From assembly GCF_009914755.1 (NCBI RefSeq), contig NC_060932.1: a stretch of DNA of 64,000 nt; one strand, 5' to 3'. Both the position numbers and the translations under genes were made by a program. A model generated the notes under the pieces. That model worked only from the letters and a program-made list of their open reading frames with translations, was not told where the DNA came from and ran no database searches. This document shows, piece by piece, positions 39,901 to 53,900 of the stretch. Numbering within the stretch: position 1 is the first letter of the stretch; each line of letters starts with the position of its first letter. Source of the DNA: the human T2T-CHM13v2.0 reference genome, Homo sapiens.

Positions 39901-42900
39901 TGAACATTCCCTTTCATAGAGTAGGTTTGAAACCCTCTTTTTATAGTGTCTGGAAGCGGGCATTTGGAGCGCTTTCAGGCCTATGCTGAAAAAGGAAATA
40001 TCTACCTATAGAAACTAGACAGAAGCATTCTGAGAATCACGTTTGTGATGTGGGTACTCAACTAACAGTGTTGATCCATTCTTTTGATACAGCAGTTTTG
40101 AACCACACTTTTTGTAGAATCTGCAAGTGGATATTTGGATAGCTGTGAGGATTTCGTTGGAAACGGGAATGTCTTCATAGAAAATTTAGACAGAAGCATT
40201 CTCAGAACCTTGATTGTGATGTGTGTTCTCCACTAACAGAGTTGAACCTTTCTTTTGACAGAACTGTTCTGAAACATTCTTTTTATAGAATCTGGAAGTG
40301 GATATTTGGAAAGCTTTGAGGATTTCGTTGGAAACGGGAATATCTTCAAATCAAATCTAGCCAGAAGCATTCTAAGAAATATCTTAGGGATGTTTACATT
40401 CAAGTCACAGAGTTGAACATTCCCTTTCACAGAGCAGGTTTGAAACAATCTTCTCGTACTATCTGGCAGTGGACATTTTGAGCTCCTTGGGGCCTATGCT
40501 GAAAAAGGAAATATCTTCCGACAAAAACTAGACAGAAGCATTCGCAGAATCACGTTTGTGATGTGTGCACTCAACTGTCAGAATTGAACCTTGGTTTGGA
40601 CAGAGCACTTTTGAAACACTCTTTTTGTAGAATCTGCAGGTGGATATTTGGCTAGCTTTGAGGATTTCGTTGGAAACGGTAATGTCTTCAAAGAAAATCT
40701 AGACAGAAGCATTCTCAGAAACACCTTCGTGATGTTTGCAATCAAGTCACAGAGTTGAACCTTCCGTTTCATAGAGCAGGTTGGAAACACTCTTATTGTA
40801 GTATCTGGAAGTGGACATTTGGAGCGCTTTCAGGCCTATGGTGAAAAAGGAAATATCTTCCCATAAAAACGACATAGAAGCTATCTCAGGAACTTGTTTA
40901 TGATGCATCTAATCAACTAACAGTGTTGAACCTTTGTACTGACAGAGCAGTTTGAAACACTCTTTTTTTGGAATCTGCAAGTGGATATTTGGATCGCTTT
41001 GAGGATTTCGTTGGAAACGGGATGCAATATAAAACGTACACAGCAGCATACTCAGAAAATACTTTGCCATATTTCCATTCAAGTCACAGAGTGGAACATT
41101 CCCATTCATAGAGCAGGTTGGAAACACTCTTTTTGGAGTATCTGGAAGTGGACATTTGGAGCGCTTTCTGAACTATGGTGAAAAAGGAAATATCTTCCAA
41201 TGAAAACAAGACAGAAGCATTCTGAGAAACTTATTTGTGATGTGTGTCCTCAACAAACGGACTTGAACCTTTCGTTTCATGCAGTACTTCTGGAACACTC
41301 TTTTTGAAGATTCTGCATGCGGATATTTGGATAGCTTTGAGGATTTCGTTGAAAACGGGCTTACATGTAAAAATTAGACAGCAGCATTCTCAGAAACTTC
41401 TTTGTGGTGTCTGCATTCAAGTCACAGAATTGAACTTCCCCTCACATAGAGCAGTTGTGCAGCACTCTATTTGTAGTATCTGGAAGTGGACATTTGGAGG
41501 GCTTTGTAGCCTATCTGGAAAAAGGAAATATCTTCCCATGAATGCGAGATAGAAGTAATCTCAGAAACATGTTTATGCTGTATCTACTCAACTAACTGTG
41601 CTGAACATTTCTATTGATAGAGCAGTTTTGAGACACTCTTCTTTTGGAATCTGCAAGTGGATATTTGGATAGATTTGAGGATTTCGTTGGAAACGGGATT
41701 ATATATAAAAAGTAGACAGCAGCATTCTCAGAAACTTCTTTGTGATGTTTGCATCCAGCTCTCAGAGTTGAACATTCCCTTTCATAGAGTAGGTTTGAAA
41801 CCCTCTTTTTATAGTGTCTGGAAGCGGGCATTTGGAGCGCTTTCAGGCCTATGCTGAAAAAGGAAATATCTACCTATAGAAACTAGACAGAAGCATTCTG
41901 AGAATCACGTTTGTGATGTGGGTACTCAACTAACAGTGTTGATCCATTCTTTTGATACAGCAGTTTTGAACCACACTTTTTGTAGAATCTGCAAGTGGAT
42001 ATTTGGATAGCTGTGAGGATTTCGTTGGAAACGGGAATGTCTTCATAGAAAATTTAGACAGAAGCATTCTCAGAACCTTGATTGTGATGTGTGTTCTCCA
42101 CTAACAGAGTTGAACCTTTCTTTTGACAGAACTGTTCTGAAACATTCTTTTTATAGAATCTGGAAGTGGATATTTGGAAAGCTTTGAGGATTTCGTTGGA
42201 AACGGGAATATCTTCAAATAAAATCTAGCCAGAAGCATTCTAAGAAACATCTTAGGGATGTTTACATTCAAGTCACAGAGTTGAACATTCCCTTTCACAG
42301 AGCAGGTTTGAAACAATCTTCTCGTACTATCTGGCAGTGGACATTTTGAGCTCCTTGGGGCCTATGCTGAAAAAGGAAATATCTTCCGACAAAAACTAGA
42401 CAGAAGCATTCGCAGAATCACGTTTGTGATGTGTGCACTCAACTGTCAGAATTGAACCTTGGTTTGGACAGAGCACTTTTGAAACACTCTTTTTGTAGAA
42501 TCTGCAGGTGGATATTTGGCTAGCTTTGAGGATTTCGTTGGAAACGGTAATGTCTTCAAAGAAAATCTAGACAGAAGCATTCTCAGAAACAACTTCGTGA
42601 TGTTTGCAATCAAGTCACAGAGTTAAACCTTCCGTTTCATAGAGCAGGTTGGAAACACACTTTTTGTAGTATCTGGAAGTGGACATTTGGAGGGCTTTGT
42701 AGCCTATCTGGAAAAAGGAAATATCTTCCCATGAATGCGAGATAGAAGTAATCTCAGAAACATGTTTATGCTGTATCTACTCAACTAACTGTGCTGAACA
42801 TTTCTATTGATAGAGCAGTTTTGAGACACTCTTCTTTTGGAATCTGCAAGTGGATATTTGGATAGATTTGAGGATTTCGTTGGAAACGGGATTATATATA

Positions 42901-44104
42901 AAAAGTAGACAGCAGCATTCTCAGAAACTTCTTTGTGATGTTTGCATCCAGCTCTCAGAGTTGAACATTCCCTTTCATAGAGTAGGTTTGAAACCCTCTT
43001 TTTATAGTGTCTGGAAGCGGGCATTTGGAGCGCTTTCAGGCCTATGCTTAAAATAGGAAATATCTACCTACAGAAACTAGACAGAAGCATTCTGAGAATC
43101 ACGTTTGTGATGTGGGTACTCAACTAACAGTGTTGATCCATTCTTTTGATACAGCAGTTTTGAACCACACTTTTTGTAGAATCTGCAAGAGGATATTTGG
43201 ATAGCTGTGAGGATTTCGTTGGAAACGGGAATGTCTTCAAAGAAAATCTAGACAGAAGCATTCTCAGAAACACCTTCGTGATGTTTGCAATCAAGTCACA
43301 GAGTTGAACCTTTCGTTTCATAGAGCAGGTTGGAAACACTCTTATTGTAGTATCTGGAAGTGGACATTTGGAGCGCTTTCAGGCCTATGGTGAAAAAGGA
43401 AATATCTTCCCATAAAAACGACATAGAAGCTATCTCAGGAACTTGTTTATGATGCATCTAATCAACTAACAGTGTTGAACCTTTGTACTGACAGAGCAGT
43501 TTGAAACACTCTTTTTTTGGAATCTGCAAGTGGATATTTGGATCGCTTTGAGGATTTCGTTGGAAACGGGATGCAATATAAAACGTACACAGCAGCATAC
43601 TCAGAAAATACTTTGCCATATTTCCATTCAAGTCACAGAGTGGAACATTCCCATTCATAGAGCAGGTTTGAAACACTCTTTTTGGAGTATCTGGAAGTGG
43701 ACATTTGGAGCGCTTTCTGAACTATGGTGAAAAAGGAAATATCTTCCAATGAAAACAAGACAGAAGCATTCTGAGAAACTTATTTGTGATGTGTGTCCTC
43801 AACTAACGGACTTGAACCTTTCGTTTCATGCAGTACTTCTGGAACACTCTTTTTGAAGATTCTGCATGCGGATATTTGGATTGCTTTGAGGATTTCGTTG
43901 GAAACGGGCTTACATGTAAAAATTAGACAGCAGCATTCTCAGAAACTTCTTTGTGGTGTCTGCATTCAAGTCACAGAATTGAACTTCCCCTCACATAGAG
44001 CAGTTGTGCAGCACTCTATTTGTAGTATCTGGAAGTGGACATTTGGAGGGCTTTGTAGCCTATCTGGAAAAAGGAAATATCTTCCCATGAATGCGAGATA
44101 GAAG
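33915..44104 (+). repeat. Mixed block 8,7,8,11*,11,7,8 (starts 33915, 35271, 36464, 37819, 39688, 41556, 42749; * = 1869 bp chimeric unit)
   Basis: Spacings 1356, 1193, 1355, 1869, 1868, 1193, 1356. Confidence 0.92.
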
Positions 44105-47100
44105 TAATCTCAGAAACATGTTTATGCTGTATCTACTCAACTAACTGTGCTGAACATTTCTATTGATAGAGCAGTTTTGAGACACTCTTCTTTTGGAATC
44201 TGCAAGTGGATATTTGGATAGATTTGAGGATTTCGTTGGAAACGGGATTATATATAAAAAGTAGACAGCAGCATTCTCAGAAACTTCTTTGTGATGTTTG
44301 CATCCAGCTCTCAGAGTTGAACATTCCCTTTCATAGAGTAGGTTTGAAACCCTCTTTTTATAGTGTCTGGAAGCGGGCATTTGGAGCGCTTTCAGGCCTA
44401 TGCTGAAAAAGGAAATATCTACCTATAGAAACTAGACAGAAGCATTCTGAGAATCACGTTTGTGATGTGGGTACTCAACTAGCAGTGTTGATCCATTCTT
44501 TTGATACAGCAGTTTTGAACCACACTTTTTGTAGAATCTGCAAGTGGATATTTGGATAGCTGTGAGGATTTCGTTGGAAACGGGAATGTCTTCATAGAAA
44601 ATTTAGACAGAAGCATTCTCAGAACCTTGATTGTGATGTGTGTTCTCCACTAACAGAGTTGAACCTTTCTTTTGACAGAACTGTTCTGAAACATTCTTTT
44701 TATAGAATCTGGAAGTGGATATTTTGAAAGCTTTGAGGATTTCATTGGAAACGGGAATATCTTCAAATAAAATCTAGCCAGAAGCATTCTAAGAAACATC
44801 TTAGGGATGTTTACATTCAAGTCACAGAGTTGAACATTCCCTTTCACAGAGCAGGTTTGAAACAATCTTCTCGTACTATCTGGCAGTGGACATTTTGAGC
44901 TCCTTGGGGCCTATGCTGAAAAAGGAAATATCTTCCGACAAAAACTAGACAGAAGCATTCGCAGAATCACGTTTGTGATGTGTGCACTCAACTGTCAGAA
45001 TTGAACCTTGGTTTAGACAGAGCACTTTTGAAACACTCTTTTTGTAGAATCTGCAGGTGGATATTTGGCTAGCTTTGAGGATTTCGTTGGAAACGGTAAT
45101 GTCTTCAAAGAAAATCTAGACAGAAGCATTCTCAGAAACACCTTCGTGATGTTTGCAATCAAGTCACAGAGTTGAACCTTCCGTTTCATAGAGCAGGTTG
45201 GAAACACTCTTATTGTAGTATCTGGAAGTGGACATTTGGAGCGCTTTCAGGCCTATGGTGAAAAAGGAAATATCTTCCCATAAAAACGACATAGAAGCTA
45301 TCTCAGGAACTTGTTTATGATGCATCTAATCAACTAACAGTGTTGAACCTTTGTACTGACAGAGCAGTTTGAAACACTCTTTTTTTGGAATCTGCAAGTG
45401 GATATTTGGATCGCTTTGAGGATTTCGTTGGAAACGGGATGCAATATAAAACGTACACAGCAGCATACTCAGAAAATACTTTGCCATATTTCCATTCAAG
45501 TCACAGAGTGGAACATTCCCATTCATAGAGCAGGTTGGAAACACTCTTTTTGGAGTATCTGGAAGTGGACATTTGGAGCGCTTTCTGAACTATGGTGAAA
45601 AAGGAAATATCTTCCAATGAAAACAAGACAGAAGCATTCTGAGAAACTTATTTGTGATGTGTGTCCTCAACAAACGGACTTGAACCTTTCGTTTCATGCA
45701 GTACTTCTGGAACACTCTTTTTGAAGATTCTGCATTCGGATATTTGGATAGCTTTGAGGATTTCGTTGGAAACGGGCTTACATGTAAGAATTAGACAGCA
45801 GCATTCTCAGAAACTTCTTTGTGGTGTCTGCATTCAAGTCACAGAATTGAACTTCCCCTCACATAGAGCAGTTGTGCAGCACTCTATTTGTAGTATCTGG
45901 AAGTGGACATTTGGAGGGCTTTGTAGCCTATCTGGAAAAAGGAAATATCTTCCCATGAATGCGAGATAGAAGTAATCTCAGAAACATGTTTATGCTGTAT
46001 CTACTCAACTAACTGTGCTGAACATTTCTATTGATAGAGCAGTTTTGAGACACTCTTCTTTTGGAATCTGCAAGTGGATATTTGGATAGATTTGAGGATT
46101 TCGTTGGAAACGGGATTATATATAAAAAGTAGACAGCAGCATTCTCAGAAACTTCTTTGTGATGTTTGCATCCAGCTCTCAGAGTTGAACATTCCCTTTC
46201 ATAGAGTAGGTTTGAAACCCTCTTTTTATAGTGTCTGGAAGCGGGCATTTGGAGAGCTTTCAGGCCTATGCTGAAAAAGGAAATATCTACCTATAGAAAC
46301 TAGACAGAAGCATTCTGAGAATCACGTTTCTGATGTGGGTACTCAACTAACAGTGTTGATCCATTCTTTTGATACAGCAGTTTTGAACCACACTTTTTGT
46401 AGAATGTGCAAGTGGATATTTGGATAGCTGTGAGGATTTCGTTGGAAACGGGAATGTCTTCATAGAAAATTTAGACAGAAGCATTCTCAGAACCTTGATT
46501 GTGATGTGTGTTCTCCACTAACAGAGTTGAACCTTTCTTTTGACAGAACTGTTCTGAAACATTCTTTTTATAGAATCTGGAAGTGGATATTTGGAAAGCT
46601 TTGAGGATTTCATTGGAAACGGGAATATCTTCAAATAAAATCTAGCCAGAAGCATTCTAAGAAACATCTTAGGGATGTTTACATTCAAGTCACAGAGTTC
46701 AACATTCCCTTTCACAGAGCAGGTTTGAAACAATCTTCTCGTACTATCTGGCAGTGGACATTTTGAGCTCCTTGGGGCCTATGCTGAAAAAGGAAATATC
46801 TTCCGACAAAAACTAGACAGAAGCATTCGCAGAATCACGTTTGTGATGTGTGCACTCAACTGTCAGAATTGAACCTTGGTTTAGACAGAGCACTTTTGAA
46901 ACACTCTTTTTGTAGAATCTGCAGGTGGATATTTGGCTAGCTTTGAGGATTTCGTTGGAAACGGTAATGTCTTCAAAGAAAATCTAGACAGAAGCATTCT
47001 CAGAAACACCTTCGTGATGTTTGCAATCAAGTCACAGAGTTGAACCTTCCGTTTCATAGAGCAGGTTGGAAACACTCTTATTGTAGTATCTGGAAGTGGA

Positions 47101-49708
47101 CATTTGGAGCGCTTTCAGGCCTATGGTGAAAAAGGAAATATCTTCCCATAAAAACGACATAGAAGCTATCTCAGGAACTTGTTTATGATGCATCTAATCA
47201 ACTAACAGTGTTGAACCTTTGTACTGACAGAGCAGTTTGAAACACTCTTTTTTTGGAATCTGCAAGTGGATATTTGGATCGCTTTGAGGATTTCGTTGGA
47301 AACGGGATGCAATATAAAACGTACACAGCAGCATACTCAGAAAATACTTTGCCATATTTCCATTCAAGTCACAGAGTGGAACATTCCCATTCATAGAGCA
47401 GGTTTGAAACACTCTTTTTGGAGTATCTGGAAGTGGACATTTGGAGCGCTTTCTGAACTATGGTGAAAAAGGAAATATCTTCCAATGAAAACAAGACAGA
47501 AGCATTCTGAGAAACTTATTTGTGATGTGTGTCCTCAACAAACGGACTTGAACCTTTCGTTTCATGCAGTACTTCTGGAACACTCTTTTTGAAGATTCTG
47601 CATTCGGATATTTGGATAGCTTTGAGGATTTCGTTGGAAACGGGCTTACATGTAAAAATTAGACAGCAGCATTCTCAGAAACTTCTTTGTGGTGTCTGCA
47701 TTCAAGTCACAGAATTGAACTTCCCCTCACATAGAGCAGTTGTGCAGCACTCTATTTGTAGTATCTGGAAGTGGACATTTGGAGGGCTTTGTAGCCTATC
47801 TGGAAAAAGGAAATATCTTCCCATGAATGCGAGATAGAAGTAATCTCAGAAACATGTTTATGCTGTATCTACTCAACTAACTGTGCTGAACATTTCTATT
47901 GATAGAGCAGTTTTGAGACACTCTTCTTTTGGAATCTGCAAGTGGATATTTGGATAGATTTGAGGATTTCGTTGGAAACGGGATTATATATAAAAAGTAG
48001 ACAGCAGCATTCTCAGAAACTTCTTTGTGATGTTTGCATCCAGCTCTCAGAGTTGAACATTCCCTTTCATAGAGTAGGTTTGAAACCCTCTTTTTATAGT
48101 GTCTGGAAGCGGGCATTTGGAGAGCTTTCAGGCCTATGCTGAAAAAGGAAATATCTACCTATAGAAACTAGACAGAAGCATTCTGAGAATCACGTTTCTG
48201 ATGTGGGTACTCAACTAACAGTGTTGATCCATTCTTTTGATACAGCAGTTTTGAACCACACTTTTTGTAGAATGTGCAAGTGGATATTTGGATAGCTGTG
48301 AGGATTTCGTTGGAAACAGGAATGTCTTCATAGAAAATTTAGACAGAAGCATTCTCAGAACCTTGATTGTGATGTGTGTTCTCCACTAACAGAGTTGAAC
48401 CTTTCTTTTGACAGAACTGTTCTGAAACATTCTTTTTATAGAATCTGGAAGTGGATATTTGGAAAGCTTTGAGGATTTCATTGGAAACGGGAATATCTTC
48501 AAATCAAATCTAGCCAGAAGCATTCTAAGAAACATCTTAGGGATGTTTACATTCAAGTCACAGAGTTGAACATTCCCTTTCACAGAGCAGGTTTGAAACA
48601 ATCTTCTCGTACTATCTGGCAGTGGACATTTTGAGCTACTTTGGGCCTATGCTGAAAAAGGAAATATCTTCCGACAAAAACTAGACAGAAGCATTCGCAG
48701 AATCACGTTTGTGATGTGTGCACTCAACTGTCAGAATTGAACCTTGGTTTGGACAGAGCACTTTTGAAACACTCTTTTTGTAGAATCTGCAGGTGGATAT
48801 TTGGCTAGCTCTGAGGATTTCATTGGAAACGGTAATGTCTTCAAAGAAAATCTAGACAGAAGCATTCTCAGAAACACCTTCGTGATGTTTGCAATCAAGT
48901 CACAGAGTTGAACCTTCCGTTTCATAGAGCAGGTTGGAAACACTCTTTTTGTAGTATCTGGAAGTGGACATTTGGAGCGCTTTCAGGCCTATGGTGAAAA
49001 AGGAAATATCTTCCCATAAAAACGACATAGAAGCTATCTCAGGAACTTGTTTATGATGCATCTAATCAACTAACAGTGTTGAACCTTTGTACTGACAGAG
49101 CAGTTTGAAACACTCTTTTTTTGGAATCTGCAAGTGGATATTTGGATCGCTTTGAGGATTTCGTTGGAAACGGGATGCAATATAAAACGTACACAGCAGC
49201 ATACTCAGAAAATACTTTGCCATATTTCCATTAAAGTCACAGAGTGGAACATTCCCATTCATAGAGCAGGTTGGAAACACTCTTTTTGGAGTATCTGGAA
49301 GTGGACATTTGGAGCGCTTTCTGAACTATGGTGAAAAAGGAAATATCTTCCAATGAAAACAAGACAGAAGCATTCTGAGAAACTTATTTGTGATGTGTGT
49401 CCTCAACAAACGGACTTGAACCTTTCGTTTCATGCAGTACTTCTGGAACACTCTTTTTGAAGATTCTGCATGCGGATATTTGGATAGCTTTGAGGATTTC
49501 GTTGGAAACGGGCTTACATGTAAAAATTAGACAGCAGCATTCTCAGAAACTTCTTTGTGGTGTCTGCATTCAAGTCACAGAATTGAACTTCCCCTCACAT
49601 AGAGCAGTTGTGCAGCACTCTATTTGTAGTATCTCGAAGTGGACATTTGGAGGGCTTTGTAGCCTATCTGCAAAAAGGAAATATCTTCCCATGAATGCGA
49701 GATAGAAG
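44105..49708 (+). repeat. Three tandem 11-mer HORs (starts 44105, 45973, 47841)
   Basis: Spacing 1868 three times; all carry TTTCATTGG in the M4 CENP-B box. Confidence 0.93.
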
Positions 49709-50900
49709 TAATCTCAGAAACATGTTTATGCTGTATCTACTCAACTAACTGTGCTGAACATTTCTATTGATAGAGCAGTTTTGAGACACTCTTCTTTTGG
49801 AATCTGCAAGTGGATATTTGGATAGATTTGAGGATTTCGTTAGAAACGGGATTATATATAAAAAGTAGACAGCAGCATTCTCAGAAACTTCTTTGTGATG
49901 TTTGCATCCAGCTCTCAGAGTTGAACATTCCCTTTCATAGAGTAGGTTTGAAACCCTCTTTTTATAGTGTCTGGAAGCGGGCATTTGGAGCGCTTTCAGG
50001 CCTATGCTGAAAAAGGAAATATCTACCTATAGAAACTAGACAGAAGCATTCTGAGAATCACGTTTGTGATGTGGGTACTCAACTAACAGTGTTGATCCAT
50101 TCTTTTGATACAGCAGTTTTGAACCACACTTTTTGTAGAATCTGCAAGTGGATATTTGGATAGCTGTGAGGATTTCGTTGGAAACGGGAATGTCTTCATA
50201 GAAAATTTAGACAGAAGCATTCTCAGAACCTTGATTGTGATGTGTGTTCTCCACTAACAGAGTTGAACCTTTCTTTTGACAGAACTGTTCTGAAACATTC
50301 TTTTTATAGAATCTGGAAGTGGATATTTGGAAAGCTTTGAGGATTTCGTTGGAAACGGGAATATCTTCAAATAAAATCTAGCCAGAAGCATTCTAAGAAA
50401 CATCTTAGGGATGTTTACATTCAAGTCACAGAGTTGAACATTCCCTTTCACAGAGCAGGTTTGAAACAATCTTCTCGTACTATCTGGCAGTGGACATTTT
50501 GAGCTCCTTGGGGCCTATGCTGAAAAAGGAAATATCTTCCGACAAAAACTAGACAGAAGCATTCGCAGAATCACGTTTGTGATGTGTGCACTCAACTGTC
50601 AGAATTGAACCTTGGTTTGGACAGAGCACTTTTGAAACACTCTTTTTGTAGAATCTGCAGGTGGATATTTGGCTACTTTGAGGATTTCGTTGGAAACGGT
50701 AATGTCTTCAAAGAAAATCTAGACAGAAGCATTCTCAGAAACACCTTCGTGATGTTTGCAATCAAGTCACAGAGTTGAACCTTCCGTTTCATAGAGCAGG
50801 TTGGAAACACTCTTTTTGTAGTATCTGGAAGTGGACATTTGGAGGGCTTTGTAGCCTATCTGGAAAAAGGAAATATCTTCCCATGAATGCGAGATAGAAG
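49709..50900 (+). repeat. 7-mer HOR with a 1-bp deletion (1192 bp)
   Basis: GGCTACTTTG at ~50671 versus GGCTAGCTTTG in other copies; spacing 1192. Confidence 0.9.
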
Positions 50901-53900
50901 TAATCTCAGAAACATGTTTATGCTGTATCTACTCAACTAACTGTGCTGAACATTTCTATTGATAGAGCAGTTTTGAGACACTCTTCTTTTGGAATCTGCA
51001 AGTGGATATTTGGATAGATTTGAGGATTTCGTTGGAAACGGGATTATATATAAAAAGTAGACAGCAGCATTCTCAGAAACTTCTTTGTGATGTTTGCATC
51101 CAGCTCTCAGAGTTGAGCATTCCCTTTCATAGAGTAGGTTTGAAACCCTCTTTTTATAGTGTCTGGAAGCGGGCATTTGGAGCGCTTTCAGGTCTATGCT
51201 TAAAATAGGAAATATCTACCTACAGAAACTAGACAGAAGCATTCTGAGAATCACGTTTGTGATGTGGGTACTCAACTAACAGTGTTGATCCATTCTTTTG
51301 ATACAGCAGTTTTGAACCACACTTTTTGTAGAATCTGCAAGAGGATATTTGGATAGCTGTGAGGATTTCGTTGGAAACGGGAATGTCTTCAAAGAAAATC
51401 TAGACAGAAGCATTCTCAAAAACACCTTCGTGATGTTTGCAATCAAGTCACAGAGTTGAACCTTCCGTTTCATAGAGCAGGTTGGAAACACTCTTATTGT
51501 AGTACCTGGAAGTGGACATTTGGAGCGCTTTCAGGCCTATGGTGAAAAAGGAAATATCTTCCCATAAAAACGACATAGAAGCTATCTCAGGAACTTGTTT
51601 ATGATGCATCTAATCAACTAACAGTGTTGAACCTTTGTACTGACAGAGCAGTTTGAAACACTCTTTTTTTGGAATCTGCAAGTGGATATTTGGATCGCTT
51701 TGAGGATTTCGTTGGAAACGGGATGCAATATAAAACGTACACAGCAGCATACTCAGAAAATACTTTGCCATATTTCCATTCAAGTCACAGAGTGGAACAT
51801 TCCCATTCATAGAGCAGGTTTGAAACACTCTTTTTGGAGTATCTGGAAGTGGACATTTGGAGCGCTTTCTGAACTATGGTGAAAAAGGAAATATCTTCCA
51901 ATGAAAACAAGACAGAAGCATTCTGAGAAACTTATTTGTGATGTGTGTCCTCAACAAACGGACTTGAACCTTTCGTTTCATGCAGTACTTCTGGAACACT
52001 CTTTTTGAAGATATTGCATGCGGATATTTGGATAGCTTTGAGGATTTCGTTGGAAACGGGCTTACATGTAAAAATTAGACAGCAGCATTCTCAGAAACTT
52101 CTTTGTGGTGTCTGCATTCAAGTCACAGAATTGAACTTCCCCTCACATAGAGCAGTTGTGCAGCACTCTATTTGTAGTATCTGGAAGTGGACATTTGGAG
52201 GGCTTTGTAGCCTATCTGGAAAAAGGAAATATCTTCCCATGAATGCGAGATAGAAGTAATCTCAGAAACATGTTTATGCTGTATCTACTCAACTAACTGT
52301 GCTGAACATTTCTATTGATAGAGCAGTTTTGAGACACTCTTCTTTTGGAATCTGCAAGTGGATATTTGGATAGATTTGAGGATTTCGTTGGAAACGGGAT
52401 TATATATAAAAAGTAGACAGCAGCATTCTCAGAAACTTCTTTGTGATGTTTGCATCCAGCTCTCAGAGTTGAACATTCCCTTTCATAGAGTAGGTTTGAA
52501 ACCCTCTTTTTATAGTGTCTGGAAGCGGGCATTTGGAGCGCTTTCAGGCCTATGCTTAAAATAGGAAATATCTACCTACAGAAACTAGACAGAAGCATTC
52601 TGAGAATCACGTTTGTGATGTGGGTACTCAACTAACAGTGTTGATCCATTCTTTTCATACAGCAGTTTTGAACCACACTTTTTGTAGAATCTGCAAGAGG
52701 ATATTTGGATAGCTGTGAGGATTTCGTTGGAAACGGGAATGTCTTCAAAGAAAATCTAGACAGAAGCATTCTCAGAAACACCTTCGTGATGTTTGCAATC
52801 AAGTCACAGAGTTGAACCTTCCGTTTCATAGAGCAGGTTGGAAACACTCTTATTGTAGTATCTGGAAGTGGACATTTGGAGCGCTTTCAGGCCTATGGTG
52901 AAAAAGGAAATATCTTCCCATAAAAACGACATAGAAGCTATCTCAGGAACTTGTTTATGATGCATCTAATCAACTAACAGTGTTGAACCTTTGTACTGAC
53001 AGAGCAGTTTGAAACACTCTTTTTTTGGAATCTGCAAGTGGATATTTGGATCGCTTTGAGGATTTCGTTGGAAACGGGATGCAATATAAAACGTACACAG
53101 CAGCATACTCAGAAAATACTTTGCCATATTTCCATTCAAGTCACAGAGTGGAACATTCCCATTCATAGAGCAGGTTTGAAACACTCTTTTTGGAGTATCT
53201 GGAAGTGGACATTTGGAGCGCTTTCTGAACTATGGTGAAAAAGGAAATATCTTCCAATGAAAACAAGACAGAAGCATTCTGAGAAACTTATTTGTGATGT
53301 GTGTCCTCAACAAACGGACTTGAACCTTTCGTTTCATGCAGTACTTCTGGAACACTCTTTTTGAAGATTCTGCATGCGGATGTTTGCATAGCTTTGAGGA
53401 TTTCGTTGGAAACGGGCTTACATATAAAAATTAGACAGCAGAATTCTCAGAAACTTCTTTGTGGTGTCTGCATTCAAGTCACAGAATTGAACTTCCCCTC
53501 ACATAGAGCAGTTGTGCAGCTCTCTATTTGTAGTATCTGGAAGTGGACATTTGGAGGGCTTTGTAGCCTATCTGGAAAAAGGAAATATCTTCCCATGAAT
53601 GCGAGATAGAAGTAATCTCAGAAACATGTTTATGCTGTATCTACTCAACTAACTGTGCTGAACATTTCTATTGATAGAGCAGTTTTGAGACACTCTTCTT
53701 TTGGAATCTGCAAGTGGATATTTGGATAGATTTGAGGATTTCGTTGGAAACGGGATTATATATAAAAAGTAGACAGCAGCATTCTCAGAAACTTCTTTGT
53801 GATGTTTGCATCCAGCTCTCAGAGTTGAACATTCCCTTTCATAGAGTAGGTTTGAAACCCTCTTTTTATAGTGTCTGGAAGCGGGCATTTGGAGCGCTTT

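Noticed and set aside
41344-41360. Box variants TTGAAAAC (41344) and TTAGAAAC (~49835) as CENP-B box knockouts
   Set aside because: They change non-core positions of NTTCGNNNNANNCGGGN, so they were not counted as disrupted.
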